Origin: Octopus bimaculoides | Lineage: Eukaryota | Direction of reading: 5' to 3' | Assembly (NCBI RefSeq): GCF_001194135.2 | Contig: NC_069004.1 | Span: forward strand, 34,998,235 to 35,048,087 | Length of the DNA stretch: 49,853 nt | Part shown: piece by piece, positions 1 to 11,744 of the stretch | Numbering within the stretch: position 1 is the stretch's first letter | How the letters are laid out: each line of letters opens with the position of its first letter | Notes under the pieces: generated by a model | Database searches by the model: none | What the model was told of the DNA's origin: nothing | The model's input: the letters and a program-made list of their open reading frames with translations, nothing else | Program-made: the position numbers and the translations under genes

Positions 1-299
1 TCTTTTTTTTTTAAGAAGACTAAGAGAAAAAGATGTTTTATATGACACATTCTACCAGTGATCCAAGTTTCAAAGTGTTTCGTTAATGAAAAATGTGGCC
101 CCCGTTTTAAAAAAGAACCATATATACATATATATGGCGTATATATACCTGCAACACATTGCCCGATCACGAGTGCAACACCCTAACTCCTAAGGCATGC
201 ACCTCCACACCTGCCCTTAAGTATCTCTAAATTTAGGTGGTCGATTAAAAGGACCCAAATATTGTGCTGCTATTTGTGTTATAGAAACAAAGAAAAAAA

Positions 300-400
300 A
301 AAAAGATCAAAGTTAACATTGATTTCGGAAGGATTTGATCTCAGACTATTAAAGCCAACACAAATACAGCAAAACATTTTGCCGAGGCTCTCACAATTCT
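300..400 (-). mobile_element. SINE family A, degenerate copy
   Basis: 'ttcggaaggatttgatctcagact...cattttgccgaggctctcacaattct' is a diverged match to the clearer minus-strand copies at 455-812. Confidence 0.5.
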
Positions 401-454
401 CCCAACTTTAAAAAAAACTAATAATAATAATAATCCATTTATTTATAGGCACAA

Positions 455-584
455 GGCCTGGAATTTGGGGAAGGATGAATGGCAAAGCCAATCTTGGTGG
501 ACTTTGAACTCAGAACTTAAAGACGGACGAAACACCGCTAAGCAATTGTCCAGCGTGCTAACGGTTCGGCCAGATCGCCGCCTT
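455..584 (-). mobile_element. tRNA-derived SINE family A (Meta-domain-like)
   Basis: The reverse complement starts 'aaggcggcgatctggccgaaccgttagcacgctgga...gttctgagttcaaagtccacc' (Pol III A/B-box-like head), followed by 'ttgccattcatcc'. It matches the copies at 10074 and 44414. Confidence 0.85.
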
Positions 585-614
585 AATAATAACAATAATA
601 ATAATAGTCATCCT

Positions 615-812
615 TGAAATTTGGCGGGAGGGGACTTGTCGATAATATCGACCCCAGTGTTTCACTGGGGTCGATAAATTAAGTAATTTATCGACCCCGA
701 AATGATGGTAGGCAAAGTCGACTTTGGCGGAATTTGAACTTAGAACGTGAAGACGGACGAAATGCCACGAAGCAAGCCCGGCGTGATAACGTTTCTGCTA
801 ACTGGCCACCTT
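615..812 (-). mobile_element. tRNA-derived SINE family A with rearranged 3' part
   Basis: Contains 'ggcaaagtcgactttggcggaatttgaacttagaacgtgaagacggacgaaatgcc' and 'atcgaccccg', matching the other family A copies. Confidence 0.85.
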
Positions 813-826
813 CATAATAACCCTCC

Positions 827-901
827 TAATAGTAGTAGTAGTAGTAGTAGTAGTAATAATAATAATAATAATAATAATGATGATGATGATGATAATAATG
901 A
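827..901. repeat. Compound trinucleotide microsatellite (TAG)n(TAA)n(TGA)n
   Basis: Read directly from the sequence. Confidence 0.95.
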
Positions 902-1242
902 AACGGATATTAAATAGAAACAAAATAAAAGCAAAAACTGTAATAAGGTGGTAGAAGAGAAGGGTGGGTGGTTTTAGTGAACATATTGCCCAAGGCTCTC
1001 ACACACACACGTGTGTGTGGTGGGGAGGGGGAACGTGACTTATATTTTTTTATGATGAGAATCATGATAACGAGAACGACCACGACGACGATAATAATAA
1101 TAATAATAATAATAATTCATGGAGTAATTAATATAATATGGCATATGCAAAAACAAATAGAAAAAACTCTAATAATAACTACAATATAACACAAACAAAA
1201 ACGCAACAATAATTGTATAGAGAAGAAAAGAAAGATATAGAA

Positions 1243-1302
1243 GTTTCCGGGCCGGAAACAACATAGTGACGTCACGTGACTCAATTGTGGTCGAGCGCCA
1301 TT
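1243..1302. promoter_or_regulatory. Candidate promoter/enhancer motif cluster: inverted ETS pair, CRE, CLEAR/E-box, AP-1, YY1-like
   Basis: GTTTCCGG-G-CCGGAAAC at 1243-1259; TGACGTCA at 1267-1274; GTCACGTGAC at 1271-1280; TGACTCA at 1277-1283; GCGCCATT at 1295-1302. Motif identities are established vertebrate consensus sequences; function here is inferred. Confidence 0.5.
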
Positions 1303-1828
1303 GTGTTTTGTTTCCATTCTATTTTACATCGACGATACTTTATAGTCTCGTCTGACTCTCGTCTGAGCAACCACACTATATACATACATACATGTATATA
1401 GACATATATGCATTCACTCATAAATGTACATATGCACACTCACACATACACGCATATGTTAATGTGTGTGTGTGTGTGTGTGTATGAGAGAGGTAAATGT
1501 GTTATTTTGAAGAACGACCATGTTGGAGTTTAATCATTTTCATTAATGATTTTTATGTTTCCTTACTGATCCATCTTAATCTTTAATCTTTGAATAACTT
1601 TTTGGCCTTAAGCTTCAAAATGTAGGGTTAATGATGGCGAAGTATTGATACACATATACATGTGCGTACATATATACGAATATACATTCACATATGAATA
1701 TGTGTATGTATATATACACACACATATATATATATGTTATATATTCACACACCTTATATACTTATACACACATTTTTATTGTGTGTGTGTATATATATAT
1801 ATATACACAAACTTTTCAATTATGTATA

Positions 1829-1862
<34 letters not shown>

Positions 1863-2344
1863 CATACACGCGCACACAGACATGTGCACAGACAGGCGTT
1901 CACAAATTAAACTAGCAATTAATGACGGCAATAATTTGCAACGTCACCACAAGATTGAGAAGAAACTATGCAGGAGATTATTTCAAAAGCCATTAATTAA
2001 ATGGTTGTTCAACCAACTATAGACAATGGGAAAATAAATTCCACTCTGCTAAAATTTGAACTCATGACTTTAACGCCGGAAAGAAAATGTTGCGCGCTGC
2101 TGTACTAATTCTACCAATTCTGATAACCAAAATAGCATTCTTTCTTTTCTCTATCTCCCGTGGAACCATCAACAGCAGCCTTTTTATATGACTTCTGGAT
2201 AAAATGAGATTGAGAGTCCCTAGCTGAGCTCTAGTCGATTCTCTGAAGGAGTGTTTCTCTATATGAATTCCTATTTTAACTGCTAACAACATAACCGGGT
2301 CGATTCTGAGAAAGAAACAATGAGGGAGGGGAGAATTGCATTTA

Positions 2345-2440
2345 GTACTGGACTCCTTGCCTGTTTACCGCTTCTGAACTGATGAAAGCTAAAACGGATG
2401 GCGGCAGAATTTTAACTCAAAACGCAAAGAAACACAACGC
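2345..2440 (-). mobile_element. SINE family A, highly degenerate
   Basis: 'ctgatgaaagctaaaacggatggcggcagaattttaactcaaaacgcaaaga' aligns loosely to the family A Meta/B-box region. Confidence 0.4.
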
Positions 2441-3636
2441 TCAGTTCTTTTGGAAAATGTTTATAGTGATTCGGACAATCAACAGCCTTACAAAATGTTA
2501 ATATTTTTTGATAAGGATTTCTAGCCTAAATACAAAGTCGCTTAATTAATAGGGTCGTTAGATATCAAATAGCCTAAGACCATCCCTAATTCTGTGAGAG
2601 AGTCATTCGGTTTTATAGTCACCTGAATTAAAACCTATGAACATTTTATGTTGATTATATTTCAAAGACGCCAGCTTAATAATGAAGTTATTTCATTAAA
2701 TATGTTATTTTCAAAACTAAGTGAAATAAAGACAGTGCATTTCAACTGAAATATATTAAGAAAAGGATTAAAAGGACCCAGTATTTGACTGGTATTTACT
2801 TGGAGTGAAGGAGAACGTAAATCGAATTCTATTGCCGAGTATTTGAAAAAGAAATAAAACGTAATGGCATTTTGTTCGCTCTGCCGATGCAACTAGTCAA
2901 TCATAAAAGTATTGATTTCTTCCAATTAATATGGTAAGAATATTAACCTGTTGAGTGTGAAGGTGGGGTGGGGAGTGTGTATAATTGTAATCGGTAAAAT
3001 ATTAAGAAATAACCAGCAGAGAAAGTTGAGAGTATGATCTTCCAGTACGTCAGGAAGTATTTGTTGTCATAGCGTTAAATAGTAAATATTTCTGATCTAA
3101 GATTTGAATTCTTTGAGCGAAGGAGTGTATATTTCGATTAGAACGAACAAAGGCTTGACTGGTACCTTTATTTTATTAACTTCGGAAGCAATCTCTGTGG
3201 AGTTGCAATACAGCTTGTAAAGGGAGGCAACTAAATATCGCTAGGTACGGAGTCGAACTCAGCCAATCAACAACCGTAATATAATTACGATTTTTAAATT
3301 TCTAAAAACAATGATTTCCAACACAGAAAATTATATCGATCTCATTTCTTGGGTGCAGCTTTATAATGGAATCTTTTGCTGACATTGTTCAGTAAACATT
3401 GAGTTATAATCAGCGAGGTAATCAGTGCGATTCATTATGTTTATCAAAAAGTTATGTGAAATACATTTGCGATAAATAATAAGTAGACGATAGCATTGGG
3501 ATTAGAAGTAATCTACCAAGGATATAGGCAGAAGAATTTAGAGTAAACATATTAGTGCTCTTGCAGGTGCGTGCTGCGGAAAGGAAAGCGATTATAGGAT
3601 AATGGTTTAGAGAGTAAAAGAAATACGTAGATTCGT

Positions 3637-3640
<4 letters not shown>

Positions 3641-3730
<90 letters not shown>
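3641..3730. repeat. (TA)45 microsatellite
   Basis: Uninterrupted TA run, read directly. Confidence 0.97.
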
Positions 3731-3734
<4 letters not shown>

Positions 3735-4143
3735 GAGGGAGAGAGAGGGAGACAAAGAGAGAGAGAGTAGAGAGGCACACTGATGTATCCACTTATAAGA
3801 ACATGTATACATATTTGTATGTATATATAACATATTTACCCATATATAAATACATATTTACAGATGCAGATACAAACACACATTGTGCACATGGGGGTGG
3901 TTTTTCGATAATGGTACGTACATGACTATTCATGTTTCTTTCAATTTCAAATCCAGAGAGAAAATGAGGAAGGTAAATCAGTGTGTGTGTGTCTGTGTCT
4001 CTCTGTGCGTGTGCGCGCGTGATGGAGAGAGGGGGGGTTTCAATTGAAACATGGACCTCTATGCTACATCTTGTTATTGAGGAATTTTACCTTAAATTGT
4101 TCTTCTCCCCGATTGTAAGCGCTTATTTTGTTCACTCTCTCTA

Positions 4144-4176
<33 letters not shown>

Positions 4177-4722
4177 GCTTGGAAGACTTCAGCAGATAAT
4201 AGCGCACTCTCTCTCTATATATATATATATCTATCTATATATAATCTACAATCATCCACTGCAACATTCGCCACACATCAAACGTGTTGTTGAGCGTATA
4301 TAACAATCTTTAGTCTTTTAGTCTCCATCAGCCAATAACAACAGCCCATCCCTATAATAAAGATATCGCCTTTTCTTCATCTCCTCCTTCGTGCTTCTTC
4401 ATTCTGATGGACGCTCTCCATATATTGTTTTATTGTAATCATCGCCGACCGCACCCTTCTCCCGCACTCTCACTCACCCCCTAATCCCTATGTTCCAAGG
4501 AACTGTCATGTTTTTGGTGGTGCTGTTTTTGCAGCTATTTCTTTTCTCGTCTGTTTCTCTGATATATTTACAAGTCTTTAGCGATCTGGTCTTTCTTCAG
4601 TAGCTTGTACTTTATCCCCTTCACTCTGTGCGTGCGTGCGCGCATGTATGTATGTATGTATGTATGTATGTATTTGTGTATGTATGTGTGTGCGTGTGTA
4701 TATGTATACATACATGCACAGG

Positions 4723-4781
<59 letters not shown>

Positions 4782-4801
4782 TTTACATACATAAGAGCGA
4801 A

Positions 4802-4841
<40 letters not shown>

Positions 4842-5220
4842 GCATACATAAGACCGAGAGGATATATATAAATATATAATATATGCACACGTATATTATA
4901 TACATACATAACAGCGAGGCCATATATATATATCTATATATAATATAATATAATATACGCATTTTGTGGTTTTTTCTTGTGGTATTCTCTGCTATTGTGT
5001 TATGGTGTATGCTATTTTGCTGTTTCACTTTCAATCCCCACCCAAAACACCCAATCGACTAACACGCACAATCAAAGCAAACTAGATAAGTATTGTGTTC
5101 TGTTTATTCGTCTTTGGTGCTAATCTTTTCTTATTATTATAGTTTCATGCCCAAACATTGGGTATTGGGGGAGAGGTCAGACTAGCAGACACACGCTTTA
5201 ATGTCATTGTCTGCGTGTGA

Positions 5221-5257
<37 letters not shown>

Positions 5258-5664
5258 CACACAAGCACACACGTATATCATACCACTCGCACAGAGAGTA
5301 GTAGAGAATAATAGATATCTACGAATAAATATATGATGTATGTATGTAAGTTGTTATCTTCTGTGTGTGTGTTGTTTTCTGATTGTATGTTTGGGTTGGG
5401 CGTGTTTGTGATTGTGTGTGTGTTGGTTAATTTCTATTTGTTATAGTGTAATGATGTTGGCAATAAACTTACAGGCAATGTAACCCGATATATACATTGG
5501 ACGATAACCTTTATCTATGTATTGTGTTCTATTCGTTTATCGCATTGTTATACTAGGGTATTGCTGCTCAAGGTTTTACAGGGTGTGTACGATGTTGGAA
5601 TTGAGATCAAACACATTAACAATAGCAATAGAAATCCTACGTAGAAATTTCTATGTTGTTGATC

Positions 5665-5725
5665 GAGCAGCTAAAAGCGCAACCAGGTGGTACGGGTTCG
5701 ATTCATCTGCATGGCATATTGTGTG
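5665..5725 (+). mobile_element. SINE family C head fragment, degenerate
   Basis: 'aaccaggtggtacgggttcgattcatctgcatggca' resembles 'aaccacatggttcagggttcagtcccactgcatggca' at 46688. Confidence 0.4.
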
Positions 5726-5939
5726 TTTTGTACAATAGCTTCGGGTTAATCAATAATATTTTGCGAGTGGGGTTTCGTGAAAGGGAAATGAGAGAAAACC
5801 AAATGTATACATATATACACACACACAAATACTACGTATATATATTCACACACACACATACATATTTCCTACAGATATGTGTTTGTGTATATAAGGAGAT
5901 GCAAACATACCCGCATGCACATATGTGATGAGGGAGATA

Positions 5940-6025
5940 AGTAGACAGATAGGTAGGTAGACAGATAGGTAGGTAGAAAGGTAGATAGGTAGGTAGAAAG
6001 GTAGATAGATAGGTAGAAAGGTAGC
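5940..6025. repeat. Compound (GTAG/ATAG/ACAG/AAAG)n tetranucleotide repeat
   Basis: Read directly from the sequence. Confidence 0.9.
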
Positions 6026-6194
6026 ATAATTGATATCAATCGGCGAAGAGGAGATTTTATCGATTAAATCGACGAAGAACTTAACAGATCTTTTTTTTCT
6101 CACCCCACCCCAACCCCCCGAATAAATGAAAGGCAAATCTACCCCCGGCTGAAAGGTTGCTGGTAGTTCAAGCACAGATAGGGACACCAAGTTT

Positions 6195-6420
6195 CAGCGG
6201 AAGTGAGAAAAGCAACCCATTAGCACCGTGAGAACAAGAAGCCTGGAAATGTCCCTTGTAATCCCAAGACATAATTTCCTAAAGTTCTCCAAGATATTAC
6301 TCAGTTTCTTCTCATTAACACCAAGAATTTTCCTCAATCCATTATCGTTTCCAACTTCCATTAAACCTGTATAGAACGATAAACATCGTTTTGAGGGCAC
6401 TAAACACCGAATTAACGAAA
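6195..6420 (-). mobile_element. Possible decayed RTE-like LINE ORF2 C-terminal fragment
   Basis: Translation 'GLRKILGVNEKKLSNILENFRKLCLGITRDISRLLVLTVLMGCFSHFR' resembles the LINE post-RT pattern LRxILGVxxxDxxxNxxIR...RLRWFGHV. Judged by eye only. Confidence 0.35.
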
Positions 6421-6604
6421 TGACATTAACGAAATACACAAATTGACAGGTTTTGGTGGAAGCATACAGTCTGCGTTGACCTCATTATATGACTGGTACT
6501 ATATTTTATCGATTCAAACTTATTGTCAGTGGGTTTTAAATACTCCACTTTTTTTGGCAGAACCATTTTTATCCTACTCCACACGCCCTTTTGATTATTC
6601 AGGT

Positions 6605-6742
6605 ACATATTTTTATCGACCCAGAAAGGATGAAAGGCAAAAATTTACCACGGCAGAATTTGAACTTAGAACATAAAAAGCGGACGAAATGCCGCTGGGC
6701 ATCTTTTTGGGCGTGCTATCGACTCTGCCAGTTCGTTGCCTT
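6605..6742 (-). mobile_element. tRNA-derived SINE family A
   Basis: 'tttatcgacccagaaaggatgaaaggcaaa...gaatttgaacttagaac...ctctgccagttcgttgcctt' is the reverse complement of the family A head plus Meta-like domain. Confidence 0.85.
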
Positions 6743-7446
6743 AAAGCAAAAAAAAACCCCAAAAAAAACAACCCAAAACGCAAGAATATGAAGTCGATGG
6801 CATTCTGTTTTGCACAAAATCAACAACACTTAGAGTAATTAACAATAATTAATCATGTCAATTTAATTGCTATATTCTTATTTATTAATTTATTTATCAA
6901 AATTTCCATTTTATTAATTTCATTTGTATACGTAATCATCATCATCATCGCCTTTCTAATCAAAGAATGTTATTATTTCATTTCTAATCAAAGAAATATT
7001 TATGAACTACTACGAGCATTATTGATGTTCGTTTACAATCAAAGAGAAATAAATAAATATATATATAATCTTTTTATTACATTTTAGTTTGGTTTTATAC
7101 ACACATGCAAGCACACATATATAAATATAATCTTTACTACGTGTATATATATATATATATATATATATATTCATCTATTGACTTTCCAACAAAGCCCTTA
7201 ACTTTTATAAATTTAGAAATGAAAAACTAAAACATTTGTTGTATTGTCAAGTTATATTGTGTGTTCCGGAAGCTCATTAGCCTGAAGGGGTCAGTACACG
7301 AATGTTCCCGAGAAGAAAAACATTTTGAATGTTGGAAGTGAAGTTGATTGATTGTGCTTTTCATTAGCACACACCTTTTTTGCTTTGTGACCTTAAATCA
7401 TCATTTCACGCTCAAAAGTTAATATTATAAAATCGTTGCAAAGTTA

Positions 7447-7448
<2 letters not shown>

Positions 7449-7530
<82 letters not shown>
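7449..7530. repeat. (GT)41 microsatellite
   Basis: Read directly from the sequence. Confidence 0.97.
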
Positions 7531-7534
<4 letters not shown>

Positions 7535-7649
7535 GGATGATATATTTCTTCGAATTCATGCAATTAGATGTGTTTCTCAGTGAAAAAGGATTACTGAACT
7601 CTATGTATAATGAAGCCTATTAAAAGGGGCCAAAAGCCCTTCCCAATAA

Positions 7650-7880
7650 TACGCTCATAAGGCCGGTTCCCTGGATTCTGTGAGATATATATTTATATTA
7701 CTACCTTCTGGACAAGACGCCAGCCCGTCGCAGTATTCATTTTTGCCATCTGAGGGGACTGAAGCAACATGAAATGAAGGGTTTCCTTCAAGAATACAAA
7801 CACTGCCCAGTCCAGGAATCGAAACCAGAGTGTTGCATTAATGAGTGCACTACCCTAACCATTAAGCCACGCTCCCCCCA
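7650..7880 (-). mobile_element. tRNA-derived SINE family B (CORE-like plus V-domain-like)
   Basis: The reverse complement has an A-box-like 'tggcttaatggttagg' and a B-box-like 'ggtttcgattcc'. These are followed by 'gtattcttgaaggaaacccttcatttcatgttgcttcagtc' (CORE-like) and 'tgcgacgggctggcgtcttgtccag' (V-domain-like). A second copy lies at 26290-26420. Confidence 0.75.
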
Positions 7881-8390
7881 CATAATTTTGTATATAGCAC
7901 TATATAATATAGTTTACTGACGAGAAAGCAAACATAATGTGAAAGGACCCTGAGTTTCGTGTAACATCGAACTACTTACATTCGTCAGATGTACACATTA
8001 TGAGATTCACGTAACCACAGCAAAAGATTCTGTTTTGATGTACTCAATGTCATAAGATACTCATCTGCCGAGTATATTGCTATCGATCTTATGAAAAACT
8101 CAGTCATACCGCTTCATTTGTTAGTATAAGCGTCACTAAATTCTCTACGCATGTGCGTACTCATTGCATTGATAAATGATAGTCTGCATTAAGTTCTTGC
8201 ATTGGTTAATCACAGCTGTTCATTCTTGAACAGCCAAGGGTTTAACTCAAAGCAGACTGTCATTTTTTTTTCCATATAATAAACATATGTTTCCACTCTA
8301 CGCAACATGTAAGGTTCCATAACAAAAAATGACAGCTATTTAAAATATATATTCGTAATTAATTTTAAAGGAATTACATTTTATATATTT

Positions 8391-8428
<38 letters not shown>

Positions 8429-9236
8429 TGACGCCATATTTGATTAATTTTAACTTTTGAGAATTTCTGTATATTGAACATCTCACAAAAGCTTAGTGAT
8501 TTGGGAAACACTGTACGGAATATTCTGGAGAGCTATGGTAAACTTAAAGGGACACAGAACTGAAATACGTAACAGAGCTATGGTAACATTGGAGTGCAAT
8601 AAAACTGAATTGAATGCAAACACCGTTGATTATTTGCAGTACCGACGCCAAATTATCAGAATAAGATATTATTGTCTCATAAGAATTATCAATTTTGCCT
8701 CCCATATTTTAATATACGACTAGATAGATAGAGAGAGAGATAGATAGAGAGAGAGATTTGCTTTTTTTATGAGCGCTATTCACATTACACACATTTTTAT
8801 GAAGTGGTTATATATTTGAAATACATACATATACATATAAAATACATTAATGTATGTATATTGTTTTATTATACGTCTGCTAATTCTATTTATTCGATAT
8901 ATCTATGTAATTTCATCGATATATCGATATTAATTGATCTATAGACACACACACACACACACACACAGTTTAATTGTCACGTATGTATATTTATTACTCA
9001 TTATAAATTTACATAAATATTCAAACAAATCCCATTACAGTTGTAAGCTATATATATTATAAACATTGTCATGTAACACGCATACGTGTATACACATACA
9101 CACACACATATATATATATACATACATACAAACAAACGCGTATAAAATGTGTTTTATAAGTGCGCGTTTTTTTTTTTTTTGAAATTTTAACGTCGTCTCT
9201 CCAAGTAACTGTCTGCTTGTGCCTCTTTCTCTCTCC

Positions 9237-9275
<39 letters not shown>

Positions 9276-10073
9276 CCCTGTACTCTCTTTATCCGTATCG
9301 AACAATAGGCGGGAGGTATTCAAAAATAGTCAAAAGGGAACGCTGCAAACATTAAAAAAATAATAACTTGCTCCTATTTCTTCAATTCTAAACTTTTTTT
9401 AATTGCGTGGGTATATATGCGTGCGTGGGTATATATGTGCGCAAATATCTGTGTTTATGATTAACCGAGTGTGTGTTTATGGCAGTGTGTGTGTGTGTGT
9501 GTGCGTGTGTGTGTGTGTGTGTGTGTTCGGGTTGAATCTGTCAATCTCTTGTGTTCTTTCAGGATTTGTCATGGCACCAATGGATTCAGCCATACGTGAA
9601 ACATGCTGGAAAAACAACTTCAATAAAACAGAAATAAAACGGTAATAAAAGACGTAGAGAATATAAAATAAAATATATATAATATATACATAAAAATGGT
9701 AATATAATATATAAAATGATGTAAAATAGCAAGACAAGAGTGGGGTAGGAGGAGGAGAAACAAATAAAATCAGTAGATTCGCCATTTATTAGAGAACCAC
9801 CAGACAGACTTTGATATTATTTGAAAAACAAACATTAATGATGATGATGATGACGATGGTTACAATGATGATGATGATGATGTTGGTTATGATGATAATG
9901 ATGGGGTTGGTGTTGGATGCGACGAACCGTCTTGACGACGACATCGACGACGATAGCATTGGTGATGATGATGATGCAGATGCCAAGGACTTAGCTGCAT
10001 ATACACACATAGGGGAGAATATGGCCTTCTACGCATGTGAGACATTATTATTATTATTATTATTATTACTATG

Positions 10074-10310
10074 AAGGCAGTGAGCTGGCAGAATCGTTAG
10101 GACGCCGGACGAAATGCTTAGCGGTATTTCGTCCGTCTTTACGTTCTGAGTTCAAATTCCACCGAGGTCGACTTTGCCTTGCATCCTTTCGGGGTCTATT
10201 AAATAAGTACCAGTTACGTACTGGAGACGATGTAATCGACTTAATCCCTTTGTCTGTCTTTGTTTGTCCCTTCTATGCTTAGCCCCTTGTGGGCAATAAA
10301 GAAATAAGAA
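10074..10310 (+). mobile_element. tRNA-derived SINE family A, near full length
   Basis: A box 'tggcagaatcg' at about 10086 and B box 'gagttcaaattcc' at 10148-10160, then 'gaggtcgactttgccttgcatcctttcggggtc...aataagtaccag', resembling the Meta domain known from Sauria-type SINEs. Confidence 0.9.
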
Positions 10311-10397
10311 ACTTTAGGACGCTGGACGGAGTGCTTAGCGGTATTTCGTCCGCCGCTACGTTCTGAGTTCAAATTCCACCGAAGTCTACTTTGCTTT
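10311..10397 (+). mobile_element. Second family A head directly behind the first (dimer)
   Basis: 'ttaggacgctggacggagtgcttagcggtatttcgtccgccgctacgttctgagttcaaattccaccga' repeats the head at 10074. Confidence 0.8.
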
Positions 10398-11528
10398 AGT
10401 AAAATATTGTGGAACGAATGAAGTCGTGATTTTCTCAGCTGAATCCTTTAGTTCCTCGCCGGAATCCTGAAACCTTTTGGCCCTCGGGGCATTCTTAGAA
10501 GTAATTCATGATGATGATGGTGGGGAGGGTTTGGTGGAAATCGTAGTGGTGGCGGTGGTGATGTTGAAAATCATTGATGATGATGGTGTAGTAACAGTAT
10601 TGGTGGTAGCGATGTTCAGAATGATAATGATGACGACAATCACAGAAAGTGTGCAGGTGGCGGCGGTAGGGGGTGATGACGAAGACGTATTACTAGAAAT
10701 CATTATTGATGATGATGATGATGATGATCGAAATAGCCGTGATGGTAATAGACATGACAACGACTGCAACATCGATAATGGACGTGATGATGATGACGCG
10801 AGAGAGAGAAAGGAAATCGTGTGATAACGAATAACTGATTGAAGTTTCTGGATGGCAGTTGTCATGTTTTTCAGTCAAAAAAACATGTCAGTTTTTGTAG
10901 AGAGAGAGCGAAGAGACTGAAGGAAGAGAGCCATCGGCAGAAACGGCGAATATCTTGGCAGACGACAACTCTTAAAGATAACACTTTTGGTCATGTAGCA
11001 GTTTATGGCGTTGTTGTATTGGGTTATGAAGGGTAGCAGGCGTCGTTGTGAAGGGGATTTTAGCCATGGCCGTGGTAATTGTTTAGGTGATAGTAGCTGT
11101 TATACTTTGTTTCTGTATAGCTATGGTAGTTGTCGTGGCTGTAGTTTTTGGTGATGGTTTTGCTAGTGGTGGATCTTTAGTTACAGTTTAGGTGGTAGTG
11201 ATTGCTGTAGCGGTGGTAGTTGTGTTGTGATAATGGTTTGAGTGGTCGTAGTTGCGGTAGTGGTCATCGTAATAGTTCCAAGAGTGAGTGATTGGATTTT
11301 CTGTTGTATGTCAGGTGAACGTTCGGTTTGTCAGGAAAATGACAATATTTTTTGCACCTTTCGGTCACTCGGCAAAACAGGAAGTGGACACCGGAAGATT
11401 GGAAATGGAAAACAAAAAGTACCGATCTAAATAACACCTGATGCCGGTCATTCTGGGAAGACTTCAAACACACGATGACCAGTAGGACAAGACGAAAAAG
11501 ATATTGCTAAGGCTACAATGAGTTTAGT

Positions 11529-11546
11529 GGGGGGGGGGGGGGGGGG
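11529..11546 (+). repeat. G18 homopolymer
   Basis: Read directly from the sequence. Confidence 0.9.
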
Positions 11547-11744
11547 TAGTTAAATTGAGTGAGGAGGAAGAAAAAAGGAAAATAGGTGCATTATTAGAAT
11601 ATTAAATCTAATCTCACCATTTTCGACGCAGTCATCCAACAGAGATGCGAAGACAGGAAAAATAGAATCACGCTTTTATACCAAGAATTCTAATGATAAT
11701 TGCTTCCCATTTTGGCACACGGCCAGCAATAATAGAGGAAGTGT

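Larger units (their letters stand above)
9830..11280. repeat. Degenerate trinucleotide (GAT/GGT/GTA) low-complexity region, interrupted by SINEs
   Basis: Runs of gat/ggt/gta. The ORFs here are D/M/V/S homopolymer-rich translations of these repeats. Confidence 0.8.

Noticed and set aside
827-901. 25 consecutive in-phase stop codons (TAA/TAG/TGA)
   Set aside because: Explained by a compound microsatellite evolving through point changes and slippage; no upstream coding frame to terminate.
3452-5034. Many ORFs rich in YI/HT/CV/RE dipeptides, here and throughout the window
   Set aside because: Translations of (TA)n, (CA)n and (GA)n repeats, which lack stops in some frames.
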